A stretch of DNA of 64,000 nucleotides, taken from contig JBFLWF010000010.1 of NCBI GenBank assembly GCA_040758355.1, positions 16,908-80,907 of the forward strand. The letters run 5' to 3'. The notes under the pieces were generated by a model, which had not been told where the DNA came from, searched no databases, and saw only the letters and a list, made by a program, of their open reading frames with translations. Origin of the DNA: Nitrospirota bacterium. GTDB lineage: Bacteria > Nitrospirota > Thermodesulfovibrionia > Thermodesulfovibrionales > Dissulfurispiraceae. The position numbers and the translations under genes are program-made. Below are positions 1 through 10,827 of this stretch, in pieces (positions within the stretch are counted from its first letter, which is position 1; every line of letters begins with the position of its first letter).

Positions 1-516
1 AGGAGCATGAGGGAATCCACCTCTGGACGCATAGGAGGAAGGACGCAGGAGATCCAGAGATTAATCGGAAGGTCGCTAAGGGCGGTGGTTGACCTCGAAC
101 TTCTTGGCGAAAGGACAGTATGGATCGACTGCGATGTGATACAGGCTGATGGAGGTACGAGGACTGCCTCCATAACAGGAGCCTTTATCGCCCTTAATGA
201 TGCATTGCATCGTGCCCTGAGAAACGGCATAATAGAAAGGAACCCTGTAAAAGACTATCTTGCTGCTGTCAGCGTGGGCATTATTAACAGTGAGCCGCGC
301 CTCGACCTCTGTTATGCCGAGGATTCCACGGCAGAGGTCGATATGAATGTGGTCATGACAGGAGACGCCAAAATAGTTGAAATCCAGGGCACTGCAGAAT
401 CAGAGCCATTTTCAAAGGATACGCTCAATGTACTTCTTTCGCTGGCAGAAAAGGGCGTTGGAGAGCTGGTTAAAATCCAGAGAGAGATAGTAAAGTCAAA
501 TATGTTAAAATATTAG
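1..516 (+). CDS. rph: Ribonuclease PH (5' end outside window)
   Basis: [38 protein letters not shown] and EIQGTAE motifs; frame open to the window edge. Confidence 0.96.
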   Translation, partial: RSMRESTSGRIGGRTQEIQRLIGRSLRAVVDLELLGERTVWIDCDVIQADGGTRTASITGAFIALNDALHRALRNGIIERNPVKDYLAAVSVGIINSEPRLDLCYAEDSTAEVDMNVVMTGDAKIVEIQGTAESEPFSKDTLNVLLSLAEKGVGELVKIQREIVKSNMLKY

Positions 517-520
517 AAAT

Positions 521-2335
521 ATGCAAGGGAAAGGCCAAAATATGTATAAGAGTCTGTTTGTTTGGTTGCTCATAGGGATGGCAATGATCCTCCTCTTTAA
601 TCTCTTCAATGTCCCGCCCAAGAGCGAAAAGGAGATAATATTCTCCGAATTCATCTCGAAAGTGGAATCCGGGGATGTGGATGAGGTCACAATCAAGGAG
701 AACTACATTACCGGCAGGTTCAAGGACGGAAACAAGTTCAGGACATATACGGCGAATTATCCCGACCTTATTAAGGAGTTGAGGGATAAGAATGTTAAAA
801 TAACTGCCAGGCCGCCTGACCAGAACCCATGGTATGTGAACTTCTTCTTCTCATGGGGTCCTATTATATTCCTCGTTCTGGTATGGATTGTTTTTATGAG
901 GCAAATGCAGATGGGCGGCAACAAGGCAATGTCCTTTGGAAAGGCGAAGGCAAAGCTCGTATCTGAAAAATCGGTGAAGATTACATTTGCAGATGTTGCA
1001 GGCATAGAAGAGGCAAAGACAGAGGTTGAGGAAATAATCGAATTCCTTAAAGACCCGCAGAAGTTTTCCAAACTTGGAGGAAAAATCCCGAAGGGTGTCC
1101 TTCTGGTAGGATCTCCCGGCACCGGTAAGACCCTTCTTGCAAAGGCAATAGCAGGCGAGGCAGGCGTGCCATTCTTCTCGATATCTGGTTCCGACTTTGT
1201 GGAAATGTTTGTCGGTGTCGGTGCATCACGAGTAAGGGACCTCTTTGAACAGGCTAAGAAGAACGCTCCATGCATAATATTCATAGATGAAATAGATGCT
1301 GTCGGAAGACACAGAGGCGCAGGACTCGGAGGCGGACATGACGAAAGGGAGCAGACCCTTAATGCCCTTCTTGTTGAGATGGATGGCTTTGAAGGGAATG
1401 AAGGCATTATTATTATTGCTGCAACCAACAGGCCCGATGTCCTTGATCCAGCGCTTTTAAGACCGGGCAGATTTGACAGGCAGATAGTTGTGCCCATACC
1501 TGATGTGAGGGGAAGGAACGAGATACTTAAAGTTCATACTAAGAATATACCCCTTGCCGAAGATGCCAACCTCGAAAAGATTGCAAGAGGAACACCAGGA
1601 TTTTCCGGCGCAGACCTTGCAAACCTTGTGAATGAAGCCGCACTCCTTGCTGCAAGGAAGACAAAGGACAAAGTAGATATGTCCGATTTTGAATCTGCCA
1701 AGGACAAGGTATTGATGGGTGTTGAAAGGCGGAGCATGGTTTTGAGCGATGCAGAAAAGAAGAATACCGCTTATCACGAGGCAGGCCATGCCCTTGTTGC
1801 GAAGCTTACGCCTGGAACAGATCCTATACACAAGGTGAGCATCATACCGAGGGGAAGGGCGCTTGGAGTTACGCAGCAGCTTCCAATAGACGACAGATAT
1901 ACATATTCGAGGGACTATCTCGAAAAGACATTGAATGTGCTTTTAGGAGGAAGGGCTGCCGAGGAGATAGCCTTACATCACATGACTACAGGTGCAGGAA
2001 ATGACCTTGAAAGGGCTACAGAGCTTGCAAGAAAGATGGTCACAGAATGGGGTATGAGCGAAAAGCTCGGTCCACTTACATTCGGGAAGAAGGATGAACA
2101 GATATTCCTCGGTCGTGAAATAGCAAAACACAAAGACTATAGCGAGAAGACCGCTGTTGATATAGATGAGGAGATAAAGAGAATAGTCACAGGCGCCTAT
2201 GAAAGGGCAAGGAAGATTTTAGAGGACAACTACGACCTCCTCGATGCCCTTGCACACGCCCTTCTCGAGAGAGAGACAATAGAGGGACACGATATAGATA
2301 AACTCATTGAAGAGACAAGAGCTGTGGGGGCATGA
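521..2335 (+). CDS. ftsH: ATP-dependent zinc metalloprotease FtsH
   Basis: Two N-terminal TM segments, Walker [23 protein letters not shown] zinc motif; start could be ATG at 542. Confidence 0.97.
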   Translation: MQGKGQNMYKSLFVWLLIGMAMILLFNLFNVPPKSEKEIIFSEFISKVESGDVDEVTIKENYITGRFKDGNKFRTYTANYPDLIKELRDKNVKITARPPDQNPWYVNFFFSWGPIIFLVLVWIVFMRQMQMGGNKAMSFGKAKAKLVSEKSVKITFADVAGIEEAKTEVEEIIEFLKDPQKFSKLGGKIPKGVLLVGSPGTGKTLLAKAIAGEAGVPFFSISGSDFVEMFVGVGASRVRDLFEQAKKNAPCIIFIDEIDAVGRHRGAGLGGGHDEREQTLNALLVEMDGFEGNEGIIIIAATNRPDVLDPALLRPGRFDRQIVVPIPDVRGRNEILKVHTKNIPLAEDANLEKIARGTPGFSGADLANLVNEAALLAARKTKDKVDMSDFESAKDKVLMGVERRSMVLSDAEKKNTAYHEAGHALVAKLTPGTDPIHKVSIIPRGRALGVTQQLPIDDRYTYSRDYLEKTLNVLLGGRAAEEIALHHMTTGAGNDLERATELARKMVTEWGMSEKLGPLTFGKKDEQIFLGREIAKHKDYSEKTAVDIDEEIKRIVTGAYERARKILEDNYDLLDALAHALLERETIEGHDIDKLIEETRAVGA

Positions 2336-3198
2336 AGATTGAGTGGTCGGGTTTCTCTTTAAACTTCGATAAGAAGACTTACATCATGGGGGTGCTTAAT
2401 GTCACCCCCGATTCATTTTCTGACGGTGGTCTTTTTTTTAGTGAAAAGAAGGCCATCGAACATGCCCTCAGACTCATAGAAGACGGAGCCGATATTATAG
2501 ATATTGGCGGTGAATCCACAAGGCCCGGCTCGGAGCCTGTTTCAGTAGAAGAAGAAATCAGGCGCACAATACCTGTAATAAAGGCTATCTCAAGAGAAAT
2601 AAAAGTCCCGATCTCCATCGACACTTACAAGTCAGAGGTCGCAAAACACGCCCTTGATGCAGGAGCGTCAATTGTAAATGACATAAGCGGACTGAGGTTC
2701 GACCCTGAAATGCCAAAGGTTGTTTCTGAATATAAGGTTCCGGTAATAATCATGCACATAAAGGGAAGGCCGAAGGATATGCAGCAGAACCCTGTTTATG
2801 AGGCATTGATCCCTGAGATTATGGATTATCTGAGAATAAGTATTAGGCTTGCCAACAAATTCGGCATTTCAGATGATAAGATTATCATTGATCTAGGCAT
2901 CGGTTTTGGAAAGACATTTGAGCATAACCTTGAGATCATAAAAAACCTTAAAGAATTTACTCTCCTTGGAAAGCCTATTGCAGTAGGCGTATCGAGAAAG
3001 GCTTTTATAGGAAAAATACTCGGCGATGTCCCTCCATCCGAAAGGCTTGAAGGCACTGCAGCTGCTGTGGCTATCTCCATATTCAATGGTGCAAACATTG
3101 TCAGGGTGCATGATGTGAAGGAGATGGCAAGGGTTGCAAAGGTTGCGGATGCTATAAAAAACGGGGTCCCCAAAAAGTCGCAAGACTTTTTGGGGTAG
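2332..3198 (+). CDS. folP: Dihydropteroate synthase
   Basis: [30 protein letters not shown] and IVRVHDV motifs; typical position after ftsH. Confidence 0.96.
   Translation: MKIEWSGFSLNFDKKTYIMGVLNVTPDSFSDGGLFFSEKKAIEHALRLIEDGADIIDIGGESTRPGSEPVSVEEEIRRTIPVIKAISREIKVPISIDTYKSEVAKHALDAGASIVNDISGLRFDPEMPKVVSEYKVPVIIMHIKGRPKDMQQNPVYEALIPEIMDYLRISIRLANKFGISDDKIIIDLGIGFGKTFEHNLEIIKNLKEFTLLGKPIAVGVSRKAFIGKILGDVPPSERLEGTAAAVAISIFNGANIVRVHDVKEMARVAKVADAIKNGVPKKSQDFLG
3168..3195. repeat. Perfect 12-bp palindrome with GCAA loop inside the folP 3' end
   Basis: CCCCAAAAAGTC-GCAA-GACTTTTTGGGG. Confidence 0.8.
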
Positions 3199-3218
3199 TA
3201 GTGATGTAGAATTTAATC

Positions 3219-4184
3219 ATGGCCGATTTCACCCAGGACGACCTCAGAGATTTAATGTCAAAATGGCTTGAGCCTGAGCGCATGCCGAAAAGGTTCAGGA
3301 TTGTTACCGACACTACGGATTTTTATAGAGTGGATTATGACGATGTGGCAATATTTGAAGGCAGACCGTATCTTATAAGAAATGTCGAAAAGGAAGGCAG
3401 GTTCGGCATCGATGAGCAGCCAAAGTTCTGGGTCAAGAGGGCAATAGACCTGATAACCGGAGAGACAAAGATCATAAAACTGGTCTTCTGGGAAAGGTTT
3501 ACTGCAAAGGTCGGGGGCATTTCATTTGAGTGCTTCAGAAGCCCTAAAAAAGAGGCAAGGATCCTCGATCTGGTAAAAGGTCATCCCAATTTCATGCAGG
3601 GATTCTCTGTCGAGGATTCTGTTGGAAACCTCATACGCATCATCGATTATATTAAAGGCAAGACATTGAGCGACCTTGTATTTTCAATAAAGAAATCCCA
3701 TGAAGAATATTTTCACGATGACCTTCCTTCACTCTTAAAATCTTATACGGAAATAATAGATGCCGTAAGATTCCTTCATAATCACGGTGAAAAACATGGC
3801 GACATCAGGAGAGATCACATACTAAAGGACACAAAGACAGGAGAGTATAAATGGATAGACTTTGATTTCAATTACTATCACGGGGAGAATAAATTCGGCT
3901 ACGATCTGTTCGGCCTCGGCAATATCCTTATATTCCTCGTGGGCGGAGGCGATGTGACTATACAAGGCTTTGCAGATAAACCCGATATTTTGAATTCAAT
4001 AAATGGAAATGACACGAACATCGTATTTCATAATCGTGTTGCAAACCTTAAAAAGGTCTATTCATATATCCCCGATGAGCTTAATTACATCCTCCTGCAT
4101 TTCTCCAACGGAGCGGCTGTGTTCTACGAATCCACGGATGAACTCTTCTCTGACATGGAGAAGGCGATAAACAAAATATGCTAA
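3219..4184 (+). CDS. Protein-kinase-like protein (Ser/Thr kinase fold)
   Basis: Catalytic-loop-like [12 protein letters not shown]-like WIDFD, DLFGLG, and IIKL lysine. Confidence 0.7.
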   Translation: MADFTQDDLRDLMSKWLEPERMPKRFRIVTDTTDFYRVDYDDVAIFEGRPYLIRNVEKEGRFGIDEQPKFWVKRAIDLITGETKIIKLVFWERFTAKVGGISFECFRSPKKEARILDLVKGHPNFMQGFSVEDSVGNLIRIIDYIKGKTLSDLVFSIKKSHEEYFHDDLPSLLKSYTEIIDAVRFLHNHGEKHGDIRRDHILKDTKTGEYKWIDFDFNYYHGENKFGYDLFGLGNILIFLVGGGDVTIQGFADKPDILNSINGNDTNIVFHNRVANLKKVYSYIPDELNYILLHFSNGAAVFYESTDELFSDMEKAINKIC

Positions 4185-4225
4185 AATACGCACCTGGAAA
4201 AAGGCGTTTTAACAAAGGAGGAGAC

Positions 4226-5437
4226 GTGTCTGACAGGATTAAGGTGAAAAATCCCATCGTCGAAATAGACGGCGATGAAATGACCAGGATCATATGGCAT
4301 CTCATAAAGGAGAAGCTCATACTGCCTTTCCTTGATATCGATTTGAAATATTACGACCTCGGCCTAAAGCACAGGGATGAGACCGATGACAAGGTTACCG
4401 TTGAATCGGCATATGCCATAAAGGAGTTCGGTGTCGGTGTAAAGTGCGCCACCATAACTCCCAATGCAGCCCGTGTAAAGGAATACAACCTCAAACAACA
4501 GTGGAAAAGCCCCAACGGGACAATCCGTTCAATACTGGACGGTACGGTATTCAGAAAGCCCATAATCATAAAAAATATTCCGCCTGCAGTCTGCAAATGG
4601 AAGAAGCCGATCATTATAGGACGCCATGCATACGGAGACATATACAAGGATGTGGAGATTGTGGTCGATGGGCCCGGCACTGCAGAGATTGTCTTCACTC
4701 CCGAAGGAGGCGGTGAAAAGACCATATTGAAGATTCACGACTTCAAGGGCAAAGGCGTAATCATGGGAATGCATAATACTGAAAAGTCCATCAGGAGCTT
4801 TGCACAGTCATGTATAAATTATGCCCTCAGCGAAAAGGTTGACCTGTGGTTCGGCGCAAAGGATACAATTTCTAAACAGTATCACGGCTTTTTCAGAGAT
4901 GTCTTTGCCGAGGAAGTGGAAAAGGTTAGAGACAAGTTTGGGCAGGCTGGAATACATTACCGTTACCTCCTGATCGATGATGCTGTTGCACAGGTGATAA
5001 AATCAGAAGGCGGCATGCTCTGGGCATGTATGAACTACGACGGTGATGTAATGTCCGATATGGTGGCAACAGGTTTCGGAAGCCTTGGTCTTATGACATC
5101 TGTTCTTGTATCACCGGATGGCAAATTCGAGTATGAGGCTGCGCATGGTACAGTGATGAGACACTATTACGAATATCTTAAAGGCAAGCCCACATCAACA
5201 AATTCCATTGCATCTATCTTCGCATGGACAGGCGCCATAGCAAAAAGGGGAGAGCTTGACAACACACCCGATGTAATCAGATTTGCAAAGACCATCGAAA
5301 GTGTTGTTATCCAGACAGTTGAAAGCGGCATAATGACAAAAGACCTGATGCTAATAGCAGAGCCTCCTGTAACAAAATACGCCCTTACAGAAGAGTTTAT
5401 CGATGCAGTTTCAGAGAGGCTTAAAAAGGCGATTTAG
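4226..5437 (+). CDS. icd: NADP-dependent isocitrate dehydrogenase (type II, eukaryote-like)
   Basis: [30 protein letters not shown] and EAAHGTV motifs; GTG start at 4226 after AAGGAGG. Confidence 0.95.
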   Translation: MSDRIKVKNPIVEIDGDEMTRIIWHLIKEKLILPFLDIDLKYYDLGLKHRDETDDKVTVESAYAIKEFGVGVKCATITPNAARVKEYNLKQQWKSPNGTIRSILDGTVFRKPIIIKNIPPAVCKWKKPIIIGRHAYGDIYKDVEIVVDGPGTAEIVFTPEGGGEKTILKIHDFKGKGVIMGMHNTEKSIRSFAQSCINYALSEKVDLWFGAKDTISKQYHGFFRDVFAEEVEKVRDKFGQAGIHYRYLLIDDAVAQVIKSEGGMLWACMNYDGDVMSDMVATGFGSLGLMTSVLVSPDGKFEYEAAHGTVMRHYYEYLKGKPTSTNSIASIFAWTGAIAKRGELDNTPDVIRFAKTIESVVIQTVESGIMTKDLMLIAEPPVTKYALTEEFIDAVSERLKKAI

Positions 5438-5679
5438 CCTCCATTTTCTTCCAGTTTTTTCAGCAGGTCTTTCTTCTTGATTCTTCCGTGAAGGGTTGAG
5501 CCGTCTTTGAACTCAAACACAGGAATATCGAACCTGTAAAGTTCATAGAGCGCATCGTCAGAGGTTATGTCTATTTTGTTGACTTCTATTTCGTATTTTC
5601 CCATTAGGCCGTTCAGCATCTCCTCTGCCATGTCGCACAGCCAGCATCCCGGTTTATAGTAAAAAGTCAGCCTGACCAT
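5434..5679 (-). CDS. Glutaredoxin-like protein (DUF836-type)
   Basis: KPGCWLC CxxC motif, YRFDIPV. Confidence 0.85.
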   Translation of the reverse strand: MVRLTFYYKPGCWLCDMAEEMLNGLMGKYEIEVNKIDITSDDALYELYRFDIPVFEFKDGSTLHGRIKKKDLLKKLEENGG

Positions 5680-5682
5680 AAT

Positions 5683-6276
5683 TTATTTCTTATCCTTTGA
5701 GCCGTGTACCCACCAGTCGCTCTTGTCCTCAAACCACCAGAGTGACGAATCCGTTTCTATTATTGTTTCTGCAAGTTCCCTCGCGATATCTGTCTTAAGT
5801 CGCTTCATGGCAAAATCGAGCCATTCATCAGCGTATTTATTGCCGAGGTCTTTGTATTCCTTCAATGCGAGTATCATTTCGAGCTGGTCGGCATCATAAG
5901 CCAACTGCGCCTCAAGGGTCTTTCCTTCCAAAAACTCGAGGATAAGTCCTTTTATCTCGTCTCCGAAAGGCAATGTTCCTGAAAGGTCATCGATTGCCTT
6001 ATGCTCATCAGGTTTAACGTACTTTTTGTTAACATAATTCAGATCTCCTGTCCTTGCCTCATGAAGGTCATGGAACAGGCACATCTTGATAAGCTTGTCC
6101 GTATCCGCATTCTCTGTCATTCGTCCAAGGGCATATCCGATATACACTGTCCTGAATATATGCTCTGCAACTGATTCGGCCCCTGAGCCTAAAAACTGAA
6201 AGCCGGTGCGTGGCGTGCGCTTTAGCATTCCTGCCTCGAATAGAAAATTTGCTATCCTCTGCATAATGTTCTCCAT
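5683..6276 (-). CDS. HD-domain hydrolase (YfbR-like)
   Basis: LKRTPRTG, ESVAEH, FHDLHEARTGD, DADQLE. Confidence 0.88.
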   Translation of the reverse strand: MENIMQRIANFLFEAGMLKRTPRTGFQFLGSGAESVAEHIFRTVYIGYALGRMTENADTDKLIKMCLFHDLHEARTGDLNYVNKKYVKPDEHKAIDDLSGTLPFGDEIKGLILEFLEGKTLEAQLAYDADQLEMILALKEYKDLGNKYADEWLDFAMKRLKTDIARELAETIIETDSSLWWFEDKSDWWVHGSKDKK

Positions 6277-6383
6277 AAAATGATATTAGTTTTAACTTAT
6301 TATTTTACTTCTGCATTGAGTATTTTTTCAAAAATTGGGTAAAATTTAAGGGGTTTAATATCAGATGGCACGGAGGTATTTTA

Positions 6384-6716
6384 ATGGAACTGGATGTAAG
6401 CATAGATAAAGATTCCATCTCAATCACTATCAGCAATCCTTTTCGCCTCGATGTAGATGCAATTGCGGAAAAGATAGAGGGCTTTGTTTCTTCTAAAGGG
6501 CTCAGATTGAACGGCTTTGACATAAAGGGACTCCTTCCGAAAATGGTCAGGGGCATTGCAGGATGCGAAGGTGGGTGTCCTGCCAATGCGCTGGAACTCG
6601 TGAGCAGCGGATTTAAGAATTTCGACCTTGCCTATATAGAAGGAGGAATACTTACAGCAAAGGCCGAACTGGAAAATGGAAAAGTACTTAACCTTAAAAT
6701 GTTTCCGGATTTTTAG
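6384..6716 (+). CDS. Hypothetical protein with GCEGGCPA motif
   Basis: GGAGG RBS upstream; ORF directly precedes the crp-family gene. Confidence 0.7.
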   Translation: MELDVSIDKDSISITISNPFRLDVDAIAEKIEGFVSSKGLRLNGFDIKGLLPKMVRGIAGCEGGCPANALELVSSGFKNFDLAYIEGGILTAKAELENGKVLNLKMFPDF

Positions 6717-6734
6717 GCTTAGCAATGGATTTCT

Positions 6735-7415
6735 GTGAAGAAGAGTAAAAAGCTTCTGTTTGACCGGATTATGAAAGGCATTCCTTTCTTTGCATGCCTT
6801 TCCGAAGATGAGATCAAGGATCTGCGGCATGTGCTCGTCGAAAAGCATTTCTCAAGAAATAAGATAATATTTGTGGAAGATGATACGCAGAATTATATGT
6901 ATGTTATCCTTTCTGGTAAGGTAAAGGTAGTGTATCTGGGCGCCGACGGAAAGGAGCATATCCTTGCGGTGCATAAAACAGGGGATTTCTTTGGGGAGAT
7001 GGCTTTGCTTGACGGAAAGACAGCGCCTGCCACGGTTATAGCAATGGAAGACACGGATATCCTGATAATGTCAAGAAAGGACTTTGAAGAATCTCTACTG
7101 AAAAACAACAGGGTGCTCAAAGAGATAATTTCCATACTCTGTACAAGGCTCAGGGATGCATGGATGATGAACAAGGTTCTGTGCCTGCCGCGTGCAGAGG
7201 AAAGGATCAGGACGCTGCTTAAGCTTATGGGAATTCATTACGGCATAAAAGATAAACGCGGCACTGTCATAACATTGAGGCTTACCCATCAAGACATTGC
7301 CGATTATTCATCGCTATCCAGAGAGACTGTAACCCGCCTTCTTAACAGGCTTGTCAGGGGCGGGGAGATCGAAGTCCTTGACGACAGAAATATCCTTCTT
7401 AAGCCATCCTTTTAG
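6735..7415 (+). CDS. Crp/Fnr-family transcriptional regulator
   Basis: cNMP-binding GDFFGEMALL and HTH LTHQDIADYSSLSRETVTR. Confidence 0.92.
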   Translation: MKKSKKLLFDRIMKGIPFFACLSEDEIKDLRHVLVEKHFSRNKIIFVEDDTQNYMYVILSGKVKVVYLGADGKEHILAVHKTGDFFGEMALLDGKTAPATVIAMEDTDILIMSRKDFEESLLKNNRVLKEIISILCTRLRDAWMMNKVLCLPRAEERIRTLLKLMGIHYGIKDKRGTVITLRLTHQDIADYSSLSRETVTRLLNRLVRGGEIEVLDDRNILLKPSF

Positions 7416-7431
7416 CAAAAAAGCACTATTT

Positions 7432-7474
7432 TGTGATTTTGGTCACACTTTCCCGATTTCAGGCCGGCTATAAT
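7432..7474 (+). promoter_or_regulatory. CRP-type site plus -10 box (class II geometry) upstream of HU gene
   Basis: TGTGA-TTTTGG-TCACA at 7432-7447 and TATAAT at 7469-7474. Confidence 0.7.
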
Positions 7475-7507
7475 GGATTTAGAAAATAATAAAAAGCGGG
7501 GGTAAAG

Positions 7508-7780
7508 ATGACAAAGACAGAACTAATCGATAAGGTTTCATCATCGGCAGGAATCACAAAGGCCGAGGCAGGAAAGACCATCGACACCACCCTTAAGTCG
7601 ATAGAGGTATCTCTGAAAAAAGGGCAGAAGGTCATCCTTGTCGGGTTCGGAACATTCTCTGTTTCCAAAAGGAAGGCAAGGAATGGACGCAATCCAAGAA
7701 CAGGCAAAGAAATCAAAATCCCTGCGATCAGGGTCCCGAAATTTACAGCGGGCAAGATTTTGAGGGATGCAGTGAAGTAA
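7508..7780 (+). CDS. hup: DNA-binding protein HU
   Basis: MTKTELI, GFGTFSV, GRNPRTG, VPKFTAGK. Confidence 0.95.
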   Translation: MTKTELIDKVSSSAGITKAEAGKTIDTTLKSIEVSLKKGQKVILVGFGTFSVSKRKARNGRNPRTGKEIKIPAIRVPKFTAGKILRDAVK

Positions 7781-7794
7781 GGAGAGAGTTTAAT

Positions 7795-8034
7795 ATGTTT
7801 AAGCTTTTAAAAAGAATCATAATTGTATGGGTGCTGTTTATCACTATCGCGGTTATAGGAGGAGGCGGCGACCAGTTCAGGTGGTTTTTTGATAAAACAG
7901 GCATTGTGTCTCAAAAGGTCACGGATTGGATCGCAACAAAGGCCGACAGTTTGAAGGAAGAGGCAGATGCAGTAAAAGAGCTTGTAAAGCAGTGGACAGG
8001 CAGTAAAAAGAAGCTTGCCCAGAATAGTAACTGA
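7795..8034 (+). CDS. Small hypothetical membrane-anchored protein
   Basis: AGGAG RBS and N-terminal hydrophobic segment. Confidence 0.65.
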   Translation: MFKLLKRIIIVWVLFITIAVIGGGGDQFRWFFDKTGIVSQKVTDWIATKADSLKEEADAVKELVKQWTGSKKKLAQNSN

Positions 8035-8038
8035 GAAT

Positions 8039-8701
8039 TTACAGTCCTTTGTCCAGAAATCCCTTCATCAATGCAGCAGTGAATTGCTCCTCAATATCAA
8101 TATCAGGCCCGAAGAAATGTTGGCTGTTTTTCAAAACTTGTGTAACGCCGTGTGCGTCAAGCATGCTGTCAGGGAGTGCTGCGGAGGGATTTGAGCTTAC
8201 GATAAAAAAGCCTTCGGGATTTGCCCATACACGCCAGTAATAGTTGCTTTTATCCTCGATGGCAAAAACCATATTCGCATTGCAGAGTTCTTTTAACGTG
8301 TAACCGTAGTTTCTTAAAAAATCGATGGGTACTATCTGTGAGGCTTCAAAGAACCTTTTCCATTGGGGGTTGGTAAATGAAACGATCCCTTTCTTTAAGG
8401 TGTGTTGAAACTGTATAAGATCCACATGAGCTTTATGCATCCTGCTTGCAGGACTGTGCTCAAGCCAGACTATTTTGTCTGCTGGTATATCTGCTAAAAA
8501 CTTGGCATAAACCTGAGTTGCGATGCGGTCACAAACATTGGTGACAGATAAACCCTTATTTTTTTTGCTTTCTGTCATCATTACGCATTGGACGCCATTG
8601 TCATATCTGACTATATCAATAGTGCATTGACCTGCGTGGATTCTGGATGGGTGCGGTATCTGATATTGGAAAGTTCCGCTGAAAAGTACGTCCATTGTCA
8701 T
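8039..8701 (-). CDS. Hypothetical protein
   Basis: 220-aa ORF packed behind 8703-8945 and argS. Confidence 0.7.
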   Translation of the reverse strand: MTMDVLFSGTFQYQIPHPSRIHAGQCTIDIVRYDNGVQCVMMTESKKNKGLSVTNVCDRIATQVYAKFLADIPADKIVWLEHSPASRMHKAHVDLIQFQHTLKKGIVSFTNPQWKRFFEASQIVPIDFLRNYGYTLKELCNANMVFAIEDKSNYYWRVWANPEGFFIVSSNPSAALPDSMLDAHGVTQVLKNSQHFFGPDIDIEEQFTAALMKGFLDKGL

Positions 8702-8702
8702 T

Positions 8703-8945
8703 TCATATATATTCTATGTCGTTAAAATCTTCGTATAGCGGCGAAGATTTGGTGTAGTAGCTTACGCCGTCTTCTTCTTCTGTAATGCATTTGTAGAGTT
8801 CTGCCGTAACAGTGCCTGCAAAGGCACCCATCACTGCCCCTATAAGTCCTCCCTTTTCAGGATGTCTCTGGTTTGACAAAATGCCTGCTGCAGTTCCGGC
8901 TGCCGTGGCTATTGCAAGCCATATCAGATAATTCGATCTTTTCAT
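8703..8945 (-). CDS. Small glycine-rich membrane protein
   Basis: Two Gly/Ala-rich hydrophobic stretches; follows argS. Confidence 0.65.
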   Translation of the reverse strand: MKRSNYLIWLAIATAAGTAAGILSNQRHPEKGGLIGAVMGAFAGTVTAELYKCITEEEDGVSYYTKSSPLYEDFNDIEYI

Positions 8946-8957
8946 TCAGCTATACAC

Positions 8958-10610
8958 TTACATCCTTTCTGGCGCCTTTACTCCCAGTATTTTTAATCCA
9001 TGTCTTAAAACAATCTGTATTGCCTTGCAAAGGGCAAGCCGTGCCTTTGTAATCTCCAAATCCTCTGATACCACCCTGTGTTTGTGGTAATAAGGATGGA
9101 ACATGCCCGCAATTTCCTGCAGATAAAAGGTTATTCTGTGCGGCTCATGCGCTATTGCCGCATTCCTGAACATCATGGGATATAGAAGAAGTTTTTTGAT
9201 AATGCGAATCTCCTCTTCATTGAATAGTTCACCATTAAAGTCGGTTAAAGGCTGAAGGCTAATGGCTGAAGGCTGATGGCTTTCTTTTGCCTTTTCGAAT
9301 ATACTATTTATCCTTGCATGGGCATACTGGACATAATATACAGGATTCTCTGATGACTGTGCCTTTGCCACTTCTATATCCACTTCGAGATGGCTGTCAG
9401 ACCTCCTCGTGAGGAATAGAAACTTTGTGGTATCGGCGCCTATCTCATCCATCACCTCGCGGAGCGTGATGAATTCGCCGGCCCTTTTCGACATCTGCAC
9501 GGGCTTTCCTCCCCTTAAAAGTGTAACCATCTGCGCAAGCAGGACCCTCAGGTGTTCCTTCGGATATCCGAGAGCCTGAATAACAGCCTGCATCCTTGGC
9601 ACATAACCGTGATGATCAGCACCCCAAATGTCTATAATCTCGTCGAATCCCTTTTCCACTTTTTTTCTATGGTATGCAATATCGGGGGCAAAGTATGTGT
9701 AGTCGCCTTCTCTTTTAATTATAACCCTGTCCTTGTCATCTCCGAATTCCGTTGACTTGAACCATGTGGCGTCCTCTTTTTCATAGATATATCCACGTTT
9801 TTTAAGGTCATTTATAGCTTGAACGACCTCTCCTTTTTCATAAAGATCTTGTTCGCTTTGCCATGAGTCGAAGAAAACGCCAAAGTCCTCAAGGTCTTTC
9901 TTTATTGCATCCAGCATTTTCTTGTATGCGAAATCCGTAATCTTATCAAGTAATTCTTCATCTTTAGGCTGAAGGCTGAAGGCTGAAGGCTGAAGGCTGT
10001 TTTTAAATTCCTTTGCAAGGTCTTCTATATACTCTCCTCTATAGCCATCTTCTGGAAAGGGATAGCATATTCCTATCAACTGCTTGTATTTTGCAAACAC
10101 AGACATGCCGAGCAGCTTCACCTGTCTGCCTGCATCGTTTATATAGTATTCTCTTTCTACTTTATATCCTGCCTCCTGAAGCAGGTTGCTGAGCGCAGCG
10201 CCGAGAGCTGCTCCCCTTCCGTGTCCGAGGTGTAGAGGGCCTGTTGGGTTCGCACTCACAAACTCTATCTGAACCCTTCTGCCTTTTCCTATGTCCTCAA
10301 TAAGAAAATTGTCCTGCTTTTCAATGAGTTCTTTTAATTCATCGCATAGGTACCTTTTTGAGAATGTGAAATTTATGAATCCAGGCCCTGCTATATCTAT
10401 CTTTTCAAATATCTCCTTATTTTTGATGGAGTTAACAATATCTTCTGCTATCTTTCTGGGAGGCTTTTTCAGGGGCTTTGCAAGTCCCATGGCAACAGGG
10501 GTTGATAAATCCCCGAAGCCTTCCTCCTTAGGAATCTCGATCTCGATGCTGACCTCTGCGTGCTGTGCATTGACTGCTTTTTTCAGTATTTCCCTGAGAA
10601 TTTTTTCCAT
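8958..10610 (-). CDS. argS: Arginyl-tRNA synthetase
   Basis: EFVSANPTGPLHLGHGR, WGADHHGY, MSKRAG, YYVQYAHARI, terminal APERM; likely start ATG at 10610. Confidence 0.97.
   Translation of the reverse strand: MEKILREILKKAVNAQHAEVSIEIEIPKEEGFGDLSTPVAMGLAKPLKKPPRKIAEDIVNSIKNKEIFEKIDIAGPGFINFTFSKRYLCDELKELIEKQDNFLIEDIGKGRRVQIEFVSANPTGPLHLGHGRGAALGAALSNLLQEAGYKVEREYYINDAGRQVKLLGMSVFAKYKQLIGICYPFPEDGYRGEYIEDLAKEFKNSLQPSAFSLQPKDEELLDKITDFAYKKMLDAIKKDLEDFGVFFDSWQSEQDLYEKGEVVQAINDLKKRGYIYEKEDATWFKSTEFGDDKDRVIIKREGDYTYFAPDIAYHRKKVEKGFDEIIDIWGADHHGYVPRMQAVIQALGYPKEHLRVLLAQMVTLLRGGKPVQMSKRAGEFITLREVMDEIGADTTKFLFLTRRSDSHLEVDIEVAKAQSSENPVYYVQYAHARINSIFEKAKESHQPSAISLQPLTDFNGELFNEEEIRIIKKLLLYPMMFRNAAIAHEPHRITFYLQEIAGMFHPYYHKHRVVSEDLEITKARLALCKAIQIVLRHGLKILGVKAPERM
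9248..9282 (-). repeat. Heptamer tandem array (CAGCCWT x5) in frame in argS
   Basis: Plus strand AAGGCTG AAGGCTA ATGGCTG AAGGCTG ATGGCTT; encodes SHQPSAISLQP. Confidence 0.9.
9965..9999 (-). repeat. Heptamer tandem array (CAGCCTT x5) in frame in argS
   Basis: Plus strand TAGGCTG then AAGGCTG x4; encodes SLQPSAFSLQP. Confidence 0.92.
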
Positions 10611-10827
10611 AACTGTTAAGTTTAAGCATCTTAATGTCTGATTGTCAATCAAACCCAAAATTTACATAAAATTAACGCTTATTAACTTCAAATTTACTGT
10701 ATTTAGTAGTAGGATGTAGTATGCAGAAATGAAAAATTAAGGGGGAGGTGAGAGAAAAAGATTTTTAAGTATTCGTGGAGGGTTAGTCGGAATTTGAATT
10801 TATTCTCTAACAGAAGGAGGTAGTGCA

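Noticed and set aside
757..1497. Long antisense ORFs such as 246 aa opposite ftsH, 172 aa opposite cusA, and 209/196 aa at 56956-58424
   Set aside because: Shadows of well-supported genes on the other strand, with no motifs of their own
10690..10715. NarL-type heptamer pair upstream of the nitrite reductase
   Set aside because: Spacing is 7-3-7 and one half-site is poor; AT-rich context makes chance likely
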